Shown here: piece after piece, positions 49,021-60,601 of the stretch | Layout: each line of letters starts with the position of its first letter | Position numbering within the stretch: the stretch's first letter is position 1 | Assembly (NCBI RefSeq): GCF_000181795.1 | Contig: NW_003526943.1 | Coordinates: 5,635,806 to 5,699,805, forward strand | Direction of reading: 5' to 3' | DNA length: 64,000 nucleotides | Origin: Trichinella spiralis | Taxonomy: Eukaryota | Notes under the pieces: model-generated | What the model saw: the letters and a program-made list of their open reading frames with translations, nothing else | Database searches by the model: none | What the model was told of the DNA's origin: nothing | Program-made: the position numbers and the translations under genes

Positions 49021-52000
49021 AGGTGATGTGTCCATAGAAATAAATTTCATAACTGAAAATTCAAGCTTTCATTATTCCATTATTTAAGAAAATGAATATG
49101 ATTACCTACTCTAATTTAATAATTGAAATATAATTGCGATTGAAAAATTCAACTTCAAAATCTTCAAATCTTCAAATAGAAATATCATATGATCTGATTT
49201 TGCTTAGCAATGAAATAATGAACAAAAACAGCGTTCTGTTTTATGTACAACAGGGAAAAATGCATATACAAATGAAAATTATTTACAAAATACTCACAAA
49301 ATTTAAAAATTTACAAAATCAAAAGGAATTTACATTTAAAATAATATTGATATTATGATAAAAGAAAGATGGAATAAAAAGCTGAAAATTGAAGGAATGG
49401 TGTAAATAAAAGTAACAAAGATATGTAAGCTGTATATGAAATACAAGTTGTGCTATGTAAGTTTAAATTAATAGTAATTTATTATTAACATGTAATAGTA
49501 CTTAGCAATTACTTGAAGTTGTGTATTTGAAGTTTCGCTTTTGGTAATAATTTTGTGCAGCTGCTGTTGGTCGCAAAATATGCTTTGCCTTAGAGTGATT
49601 GTTTGGCAAGATATTTAACCGGCTGTTCATTTTTAAATGTGAACTCCTTCCAATTTATAGAAGTAAAATATTCAATCGCGGAAATTTTCCTGAACATATT
49701 TTACAAGATGTAAACCTTTTTACATCTGTTTATATATACTGTTCATTTATGAAATTCAAATGAATTTATCAATAGGTAATTTATTTTCAAAGTTGTATTC
49801 TCAACAGGCATGAATTTATTTGATGTTGAGTTGTGAACTTTCCGCTTGAAACATTTCAAATAATAAATTATGATAAGGCAATCTGTTTATTGTTTATTAT
49901 CGAGTAAAATTATATCATTGCTATTATTTTTTATCATAATGTGCTTCTAATTTTTTACCTATTATTAGTTAAATGTAAGAATTATAAAATTCTGTAATTA
50001 AATTTAATAATTTAAATATTAAAGGAATGAAAAATTTCCAGAATTTTAATTGCATATGCGTGAAGAGAAAACCATTTAATTCTCAAAACGAGTAATTAAC
50101 AAATGAAACAATCATAGCACTTTGCAGTAAAATGTATCGTAATGTGTTATAAATAATTAAGTACGATACTTTTTCTGCAAATATTTTTTCACCTGATAAG
50201 CTGATATATCTTGTTAAAAAAGCAAATATTTATTGTGTTTAATAATCAGACGTGTAAATTCAATTTTTTACAGTTTTTTCTTTTTCATAAAATCTTTTAA
50301 GAAATATATAAATTCTTTTTTTCTGTTGCCAAAGCTAACTCTATCCTTTGAGCAATTAAACTTTAAAAATATGCCATTTGGCAGTTAAAATAGGCATTGT
50401 TGCTTCATAGAACAAAAGAAAGGCGCTTGCTTTAAATATAAATGCAACTTTTTTTCAGCACCATTAGGTGAACAAATTTTGTTAATTTTGTTTTAAGACA
50501 ACGTAGATAACGTGGAATTATTTCAATGAGGAGCTCAGTTGCTTATTCTGATATTGTTCTGCCCGGCGATGCGCTTAAGCAAGTTCAAAGCGATAGAAGT
50601 AAGATCCCTATGATTGTTTATTAAGCCGATTTTAATTTAAAAAAAAACGTGATAATAATCACTGTAGGAGAATGGGGTTTCTTCCTTATTTTGAAACATT
50701 AGTACCCTCTAAATTTCAAAATTTTACTCGATAATAAACAATAAACAGATTGCCTTATCATAATTTATTATTTGAAATGTTTCAAGCGGAAAGTTCACAA
50801 CTCAACATCAAATAAATTCATGCCTGTTGAGAATACAACTTTGAAAATAAATTACCTATTGATAAATTCATTTATAAACTTTTGTCAGAAATTTCTAATA
50901 AATTTACTTAAAAAACATATCAAATAAAGAAGTAAAATGAATCAATCAAAAATAAATTAATAAATCAAAACGGCAATTTATTTTTTGAAACTGTTCGTTG
51001 TTGTACAGTTTTCAATTTTGAAAATTTTTGATTTAAAAAGTGGTTTTTGGTAGCTGTCTAAAAACAGTAAGATGCAATTTTTTTGTTTTCATGTAAAATA
51101 CAAAAGTTACTATAATCACTTCTTTGCAGCATATTAAATTTTAACAAACAACAATAAAAGAAAATTACAAAATAGATGGCAATTAGATAGCATCATAAAT
51201 TTGAGCTTGACTTGACTTGAGCAAATAAATTTGGTTTTTCTACTTGTAGTTTGTTAGCATTTTTGTTATATATTAATCATGGATTTTTACTTAAAACTGC
51301 ACACTGAAAGTATAAATTTATTTTAAAACGGTTTCAATGATTATGACTTCATTAATATAACAGTTAATTATCATATAGTCAATGTAATAAAACTAACTGT
51401 TACATTTTTTAAATTATAAAAACTATCAAACATTATTAAGAGGAAGTTAATGAACTAAGAATTAACCAAGTTAACCAGGCACTGTTGAAAAACTGAATTC
51501 TTTAAAAATAATTTAAAGATGTCGTTTTTTATTAAAAAAATGGAAATTTTAATTCATCGGCATTTGATCATGCACTTCATGTACAAGATAAATAAATGAT
51601 TCATAATGCAGCGAATGGCGCAAGTTTCTACAAAGCATTCCATTAAAACTGAAAACTAATAAACTTTTTTTCAAAGTCACCAGAATCTCTTCTTTTTTGT
51701 ATATTAATAAATTTTACATTTGGTCACATATTTACTTTGCACTTGTGCTTTCCAAATGAAAAACAGCGATTGAAATTAATTTGTAAAAACAGTGGTGCAA
51801 CAATAAAAATTATCACAAGTTTTGAAAGCATAAACATATGAAAGATGTTCTCTGGAAATTTCGTAATAATTTAAATAAAATGTTAACGTTTATTAAAGGT
51901 TTCTGAATAACATGAAAAAAGTTTGAAATGTTGTTTACTCTGTTAATAAGTTAATAATTCACAAATAAGGAACATTTTGTTTACCTTTGCTTGCTTGGAA

Positions 52001-55000
52001 GGCAAATCCCGAAATTTTAGAAAATAGGATGTCAGTTAATGCAAATAAATAAGAAGCTGACAAATAAGAGTTGTGCGAATAAAATGCAATAAAATTTTGA
52101 ATAATTTTCTACACTTTCTTGTTTAATAATTTAAATTTCATGTGGTTCATCAAAGTCGAACTGTTCAATAATGCTCAGCGTAGCATTGCATTGCTTAGTG
52201 GAGCTTTCCGTTTTGTTGAACACAATATAGCTGGTCGAGTTTTACCTTCTCAGCTTCTTCGTACGTGATTGAACTTTAAGAAGTAGTGAATGCTTCGATG
52301 ATATCCGGTCCGGTACACAGATTTCATGCACACACAGAGTGTGGTAAAGTTGCCTTTCATTTTCTGATGGCTTAATTGAATAGCACCAAACACCATACTG
52401 AGGTATATCCCAACAAGGGCATGTTCATTAATATTGAGCTTTACGCGTTCGTAAAAGGAAACATTTCAAAGCTGGTTAGCTGAACAAGCTCCTAGCGCCA
52501 TCTAGCTCATCAGCGTCATTTGGAGAGGCAAAAAAGATCGATGTTCACTCTGCGTGAGAGCGGTTAGAAGCGGGTTGGTGTGTTGTTCCATTTGGTCACC
52601 TCGGTTCACTGCTTCAGCCGCGCTTGTTGTTTGTTGTTGGGGAACAAAAATATAGCAGATTATTCATTCGGGTCTGAAATATGCGGCCGGTGAAACACAA
52701 AATTGGCCGACAATGGACCTTTATTGCGCAATCAGCTTTGCCATCTGGAAATAATGCAGTAAATGATAATTTCAATGGGAACTTTTATACAGCGACATTC
52801 GATGAATTTCAGGTAAAATGGAAAATACCGACTACTGGTCGAGAAGAAAATCGGTCTAGCAGCGATGTGGACACAATGCTGAAACAAAAAGAGCGTCTTT
52901 TTCTAGAAGCGGCTTACAAAGGCGACAAAGCGACCGTGGAAACGCTTCTAGATCCGAACGATCCGGTGGATATCAACTGCACTGATCTGCTTGGGCGAAC
53001 AGCTTTAGAAATATCCGTCGACAACGAAAATGTGGAAATTGTCGAACTGCTTCTCAAACAGCCTGGTGTCAAAGTTTGCAACGCATTGTTGTATGCAATT
53101 CGAGAAGGCGTTTTCAAAATGGTCGAGATGATCATCAACCACCACACGATTACTGCCGACACTCTTGGTGACGGTTGGAGTAGGCGACTTGTGGTGGAAA
53201 ACGATGAAAATTTCGAATATGCATCCGACATCTCGCCAATTATCCTAGCTGCCCATTTGAATCAGTTTGAAATATTGCAATTGTTGCTTAGTCGTGGTGC
53301 AGTGATCAAGCGACCACATTCGTTGAGCTGTTCTTGTCGAAGTTGTTACGAAGATCGTCTCAACGACAGTCTACAGCATTCCTTGCGTCGCATTAATACT
53401 TATCGCGCATTGGCTAGCCCCGCATGGATCAGCTTCACCTCGTCAGATCCTGTACTGACCGCGTTCAAATTAAGCTGGGAATTGCAGAAACTTTCCTACC
53501 AAGAATGCGAATTCAAAGAACTTTACTGGGAACTGAGCGAGCAATGTAAAAAATTTGCATGCGACCTTCTCAGCCAGTGCAGAAGTAGTGAAGAAGTGAT
53601 TGCCGTTTTAAACAAAGATGTATCGGATGATCCAATTGACATTTGGTCATCTAAACTAAGCTTGGCACGTCTTCGACTGGCCCTCAAATATGAAATCAAG
53701 CAAGTAAGATTTGTTTTTATTTCATTCTTTTGCCTGTCCATATTTTCTTCTATAGTATAAATTTTATATTAAATTTAACGGTTTCAACTGAAGAAACATT
53801 AAATATTTTATACTATAACGGATATTGCGGTTTATCAACTCTTCTTCGAAACGAATCTTCTGCAGTAAATTAGCATAAATTTGATTCACTCACTCCTTTT
53901 GCATTTGTGAAGCATAATTTTGAATAACTGCTTGTAAAATTTAAAACTGTTTAAAATAAATTTAATACATTACTTTATTTTGATCTATAGATCAAAACTT
54001 TTCAACTAAAACAATTCACTTAAAGCCATTATAGTTATAAAAATTATTTTTTAAAACGATTATTAGAAAATAATAACTTAAAATTTAAAAAATCCCTTCA
54101 ATTACTAATTAGTAATCATAGATTAGTTACAAATGTTCCAGTTATTTCCGTAAGTTGTAGAAATTGTAATATTTATCAGCTTTGTGCTCTCTGTATGTAA
54201 AGAAAGCATCGTGTAAATAAAGTTTTACAAGCAATGTTTTTCTTTTTCAAAAATTGCAGATGTACAATAGAAAATGTTAAATTGATCATGGCAGAATCAT
54301 TGTAAGCTTTTATTATTGGAAAGTTTTTCTCATAAATTGCATAAAGCAAGTGCAATTATTGATAATTTTTCAGTTTACAAATGCTGAACTGAAATTTTGA
54401 AATGCAACAGCACGTTATAATATGAACTTTCAAATGACAGTTTTAGTTCCGTTTCCTAATAAAATCTGTCATCAGGGGTACATGTTATGATTTTCTGTAA
54501 ATGATAGCACTTCTTTTATTACCCTGTGGTGTAGGCAGCGTTTGAAAAGCCTTGATTTTAAGAATCTATTCAACCGAAATCGATCAAGAGATGAACGCAG
54601 CAGGAAATGGCATAATTCTCTTGAATAGTACTCATTTGTATAAAATGCTTTTGTTGCTTCGCAAACTGAACTGAAATCAGCCATTTCTTCAACCGTATGC
54701 TCATTTGAATTTGAATTTGAATTTGACAACACTGCTATAAAACTATAACTGGAATAATGTTTACTAGTTTACCTAGTGTTTACTCGAAATATGCAATTTA
54801 TATTTTTAATAGAAAAACTATGAAACTATGGCGATAATGTGATGTACTTTGACATTAAATTTATTTATTTCTTTACAAATCAAAAAATTCATAAATATAA
54901 TTTTCATAAAGAAAGATGATTTGTGTTATATTAAAGTGAAAAAAGGAAATGTTTCTGCTTAAATTGTTTATTTTGTGAAAAGTTTCCAAATCTCAAAAGA

Positions 55001-58000
55001 TCATCTTTTCAGCAAGCTGTGGCAGTTTTTGTAAATAAACGACAAGGGACTATTCAATCAGCCTGATTTATAGTGCAATAAAAAGCATAGCACAATTGAA
55101 TTTACATAAGCCAAGAGGTTTTATAATTCGTTTTTTTCTTTTCTCAAGAAAATCAATTTATTATTTTACTTCTCAGTTCCTCGTGTTTTCAGTCACTTCA
55201 AAAAAGGAATACATGTGTCGTGAAGGCTAACTTTATATTTGAAAATCAAATGCACTTCTTATATTGAAATTTTGCTTTTGAAAATTTAATCAATCACTGA
55301 TATTGTAATGATCAATCGATGAATATATTTTCAATTTCATGTTATTGTAAATAAATTTTTTTTTATAAAAATAAAAATTTAAATGAAATATGTAATATAT
55401 TTTCTTCGATATTTACTATACACTATTAAATGAGTTTAATTCTAATTGCAGTTAAACGTCTGTCAAATTTGATACATACAGTTAATTACTCTTGTGTAAT
55501 CAATGCTTCTGTTTCCTGAAGCATCAGAATCATAATTCTCATGCGATTCTTCAATCCATTTTAAAACTGAATAATATTTTTCTCTTTAAACTGTAAAAGG
55601 TTAGATTCTTCACACTTTTGCTTTCAACAGAAGTGATAGCTTTAAAATAAAAGAAAAATTTTTTCATAATCTGTAATATATATCTATACTTATAGTAACC
55701 ATGCATTTTTAAATTAAAATACAATTATTTTTAGCATGAAATTATTAAAAATAACAACAGCTGTTATGATAAATTATCAGATTCAATTAAATGAACCTAA
55801 TATGATCTTGCAGTTCTCTTGCTCCTTATAAAAAATATTGTCATAGTGACACAGGATATTCATCTTCATTGCATAGCTGATCATGCATGTATGATGATGC
55901 ATATATTTCAATTGTCCTTTTAAATTCAAACAGACAAAAGCGTTCATTTTCATCTTTTGATAAATAAATTGCTTAAAGTGGTAAATTTTCAAAGTGAAAT
56001 ATCTTAAGATGCAAAATCAGCAGTTAAGAAAACTATATGATTTTAAGACGTTGTTGTTTTTAACAACAAGCAGCTGTTGCTTTTTATTTTCGTCTGTTTG
56101 CCCATGTTTTGGCTTTTTCATCAAGCAACTGGCGTTTTACTGACGTCGCCGCTGAGCAATTTCAAAGGATATCCCATTTGCGGAGGATGTAATTAATTTG
56201 CTGCGAATTTGATTTTCTTGTTGTATGTCATAATTTTTGCAAAACATTATCAGCAGCAATGAGCAACATTTGTTGAACAAAAAAACAAATTTTAATGTTG
56301 AAATATTTAATCAAATGTTTCAATAATTATTTCACAAATATACAAAATGAAATGTATATTTTCGGGTGGTTTATCTTTATTTCTATACTTTGAATCAGAA
56401 ATATTAAAATTGTTCAACGGCTGTTGCTACTGAGCAACAGTTTTTGACACAGGATTATTTGTTTATTTATTTGCAACATTTTTCAAAAAATATTTTCACG
56501 TCAGACTTTTCATATTGTAATTATTGGATTTTATTTGATTTAAAAAGTTAGCATTTATGCGAGTGAAATGGAATTGTCAAAAATGGCCGTAAATTCTGCA
56601 AAAGAGTATTTAATGCACAAAATAATAACTACTGAAGCAGGACTAGCGGGAATGGAATATTAAGTTTGATATTATCAGTATGTTAACTTATTTGATGAAC
56701 TTTATATTTGAAATTATAAAACTGCAACATAAGTAATCATAATTTTGCATGGTAAATTCATCTCTCAGCCAGAATTTATACTGGCCAAGAAGCAATATGC
56801 ATGTGAATTGATTTATTCTCGGCATTGATTAAGCTTTGTAGTATTTGCTAATCGTCCTTTTAAAGATGACATTTGTTTGCTCTGCAGGAGCTTCTGAAAC
56901 GCTTATAAGGAGCAAGCTGTGTCGTTTGTAATCTTTCGGAACAATATTTAAAGTGTGGATCAACAATTTTAGCTCTCTTCTGAATACTTTTGCCAAAGGG
57001 TCATCTGAGAGCAACGATTGGATATCAGTTGCCAATCGATTCTGCTTGCTCTAGGACTAACCACAGACCTTCAGACAAGTAATAATGTGCTCAGAAATCA
57101 GACCATATTCATCCCTGCAAACGAAGAGTTCAATTTTGCAATCATATAGATTTCTTATTTATTATAATGCATTCAAATTCAAATAATTCTCCATCTAACA
57201 AATATTGAAATATTAACAGAAAATGAAAGCAAAATTTAATCTGAATTAAAAGTTTTTTAATTAAAACAAAAATGCATATATATATATATATTCTTTTTTA
57301 ATACAGATGAAATTTGTGATAAAAAGTAATGAATTTAACAAATTTTAATTTATAAACATGTAAATTTTATATAATATATACAAGTAAAATTTATATTATT
57401 GAAATAAATGAAACTTTTTCAGTTTGTAGCTCATCCACATTGTCAGCAATTGCTGACATCTATATGGTACGAGGGTTTCCCTGGTCGCAGACAAAGCGGC
57501 TTAATTATGAATGCATTTTTATGCTTGATGTTGATCCTGGCATGGCCGTTGCTATCTCTGAGTTACATTATTCTTCCAAAAAGTCGTCTCGGCCAAGTTG
57601 TCCGTGCTCCGTTTATGAAATTCCTCTACTATTCTACTTCGTTTGGTTTCTTCCTCTTTTTTCTCACATTTGCCACTTTTGAATCGTACAGACACGTGAA
57701 AGGAGATTCGTTGGATTCAAGAGCCGCTGAACGAGGTCCGCCATTGTCCATCATTGAAACGCTGATTGTCACTTGGGTCATTGGTATTCTTTTTTTTTAA
57801 TTTACTCGATGTTAAAATCTTGATAACCTTATTAAAAATAAAAGTTAAATTTATGCAATTAATTAAAATACAATAAACGAATATTTGTTTAATATTACTT
57901 TAAATAATATATAATATAATTTTCATCTGTTGCACTAGGAATGACATGGTCTGAGGTGAAACAACTTTGGGATGAAGGGTACAAAAAGTACATCCATCAG

Positions 58001-59837
58001 TGGTGGAATTGGCTCGACTTTATCATGTTATCATTGTATTTGGCCACGTTTGCGTTGAGAACTGTAGCTTATTACATGGTGCGAAATGGAAATTTTGGAC
58101 CGGAAACTCTTGTGCGAACTTATTGGAAATCAGACGAACCAGTGCTGGTTTCAGAAAGCTTATTCGCTGTAGCCAACGTGTTCAGTTTCGCAAGAATCAT
58201 ATACTTGTTTCAGATGAATCCATATCTTGGACCGTTGCAAATCTCATTAGGGTGCATGCTAATAGACATTGCCAAATTTTTCTTCTTGTTCTTTCTTATA
58301 CTCTCTTCCTTTGCAATTGGTTTAGTTCAACTGTATTGGTATTATAGTCCATTAGCGAAAATGTGTGAACAAACCGATCATGTTTGCTTGGAAAGCATAT
58401 CCACATTTACATCGTATGTAGCTACTTATTGGATACATGGATGTAACCACATAAAATTTGTCATTTTATTATTTGTTTAGAATGGCTGATTCTTATATAA
58501 CGTTAATTTGGTCGTTGTTCAGCATTACAAATACAAAAAGTACAGATGTAGGTGAAAGGCACGAAATTACTCAATGGACCGGACGCGCACTTTACATCGC
58601 ATACCATGTCACTTCCATTATTGTACTTTTGAACATGTTGATTGCAATGATGAGCCACTCGTTTCAGCGAATTAATGTAAAAGCTGATTTTTCAAATTTA
58701 GCTAAAATTAATATTTTCTTTTGCACGTAGGATCATGCTGATCTGGAATGGAAATTCCACAGAACGCAGCTTTGGATGGGCTTCTTTGACGAAGGCTCAA
58801 CTCTGACTGCACCATTCAACATTATCATTACTCCTAAAACAGGTTTAAATTTTCTTCGAAAATCATACTGCGTTTTTAAATGGAGTCTTGGAAAGTCGGA
58901 GTGGCCGAAAGCAAAACGCAGGCCAACAATTAAGGTAACTGTCTTATTAATTCATCCATTTCAAGTGCATTAATCCATCCAAATGCAAAGTTGTCAAAAT
59001 CTGATTTGTAAAAGACAATTGAAATAATATTTGAATAGTGATAAAATTAAGCAAAATTTTATTTATTTATTGGTGAATTTATTTCCTTAGCGGCCACGCT
59101 ATTTGCAGCGTATGCGAGAAGTGGAAGAAGCTAGCGAAATGCCAGAACCAAAGCTGACTTATGAAGTTTGAAAATTTAAATCATTGACATCCATTTTTTG
59201 TAGCTTAGATTTTAATTGCAGACAATAATGCAACGGTTGGTATCGCGCTACATTCACCAGACAAAAAAGAAATCCCAAATGGAAGGCATCAACGAAGACG
59301 AACTGTTGGAAATCAAGCAAGACATATCCAGTCTGAGGTACATTATTATTACTTCTGTTGTTGATTTTGAGATGAATTTTCCAATTTGTTTTATTCATCA
59401 TTTATATATTTAAATGTTCCAGATATGAACTGAGAGAAGAACGACGCAAAGAATTGGCAAGAACGTCAAGCAATTTTGATGGCATAAAAAGAGAAATTTT
59501 GAGAACCCTTTCCAGTGCTGATCGTGTCTATCAACCTCGAACTGCCCAAGAACGTGGTCGCAATGGTATAGAACGTGCGAATACAAATCTCCCGTTGAGG
59601 GTAGCGGTACCGGAAAATGATTCGGCAGAAAATCCCACAACTGACGAGACGAGAATCCGTCATCACTTGCGGTTGGGACGGTCGCCGGATCGTCGCGCTG
59701 TGGAAGATCTGAAAACCAGCATTGCAGAAAATGTTTGCAAGCATATGGAAGCAAAAATGCAAGAATGGCTGGTTGCCGCGTTCAAAACGTTGGAAACAAA
59801 AAATGACCAAGAACAACAACCGACACCATCAGTTTAG
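45711..59837 (+). CDS. trp-1: TRPC cation channel (nematode TRP-1 type); exons 45711-45809 (tentative), 52813 (or ATG 52681)-53703, 57423-57783, 57939-58413, 58481-58676, 58731-58934, 59091-59165, 59222-59337, 59423-59837
   Basis: Ankyrin repeats ([40 protein letters not shown]), [21 protein letters not shown]6 [19 protein letters not shown] box EWKFHR and [13 protein letters not shown]. All junctions are GT-AG and in phase. Confidence 0.95.
48953..49017. repeat. (CA)n-(TA)n microsatellite
   Basis: About 27 TA units preceded by a short CA run. Confidence 0.95.
49758..50873. repeat. Perfect 154-bp inverted repeat (arms 49758-49911 and 50720-50873) around an 808-bp spacer
   Basis: Base-by-base comparison: the right arm is the exact reverse complement of the left arm (aaatgaatttatc...cgagtaaaatt). 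Confidence 0.97.
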
Positions 59838-60241
59838 CAGTGCTTGTTCATTCGTGCTTGCTTGGAACGGTACAGCTAATGAAAATTGCCAGTGAAATGA
59901 AAATTCACCAACCAATTCATACTTCGATGTGCTAAATCATAAGTGGATGCCTTTAAAAAAAATTTTCATTTTTTGAAAATGTTCTTCGAAAAATTCCATT
60001 TACAGTCGATACAAATAAAACTGAATTTGTATTTCATCGTATGAAGAAAAGCAAACTTACCAACAACAACAACCGTATATTGATCTTTGTTTTATTTGAA
60101 ATAATTACATAAATACAACTTAACTCTAGTATTTATATTAAAATATGGTAAAATAAAATGTCATTTCATTTCAACAATTTAAAATGTAAAAAGTTAAACA
60201 ATAAGCAATTTGAAAACAAGCTACAGTAATAAAATTGGAAA

Positions 60242-60601
60242 TTAAGTAAACTCAGATTCGACAATGGAATTTTTTTGAAAACTGGTATCCATGTTTTTCT
60301 TTTTAAACAATTTGCTTTCAATGAGTCGTCGATGGAGCTTTTCAGTTTTGAATTTTCGTGCTGAAAAAATTGGTGTAGTTGACGTGGATTCGCATGTTTT
60401 CAAAGAGGTGGAACTTTCGTCAGCATCTTCCTGTGGAGTCTGATTCACCTCGATCGGAGTTCGAACAATTCCAGTGCTTGGCGAACGTGGGTCATTTTCA
60501 AGCAGACGAGCAATCGAATCTGACTTCAATTTATCCGGTGTCAATGACTTGTCAGGACATTCGTCCAACAATTTCCAGTATTTGGTTAAAATTGCACCCA
60601 T
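60242..60601 (-). CDS. CDCA3/Tome-1-like small protein, 119 aa, single coding exon
   Basis: DPRSPSTGIVRTPIEV matches the CDCA3 signature DPRSPs.GI.RTPi.V. It has a Met-Gly start, several S/T-P sites, a TAG acceptor 4 nt before the ATG and a minus-strand AATAAA at ~60091-60096. Confidence 0.7.
   Translation of the reverse strand: MGAILTKYWKLLDECPDKSLTPDKLKSDSIARLLENDPRSPSTGIVRTPIEVNQTPQEDADESSTSLKTCESTSTTPIFSARKFKTEKLHRRLIESKLFKKKNMDTSFQKNSIVESEFT

Noticed and set aside
54472..54732. Minus-strand 86-aa ORF nested in a trp-1 intron
   Set aside because: No recognisable motif and no supporting splice partners; cannot be supported, though not excluded.
55217..55230. 14-mer gtcgtgaaggctaa also present inverted near 62056-62069
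   Set aside because: Matches of this length are expected by chance in 64 kb.
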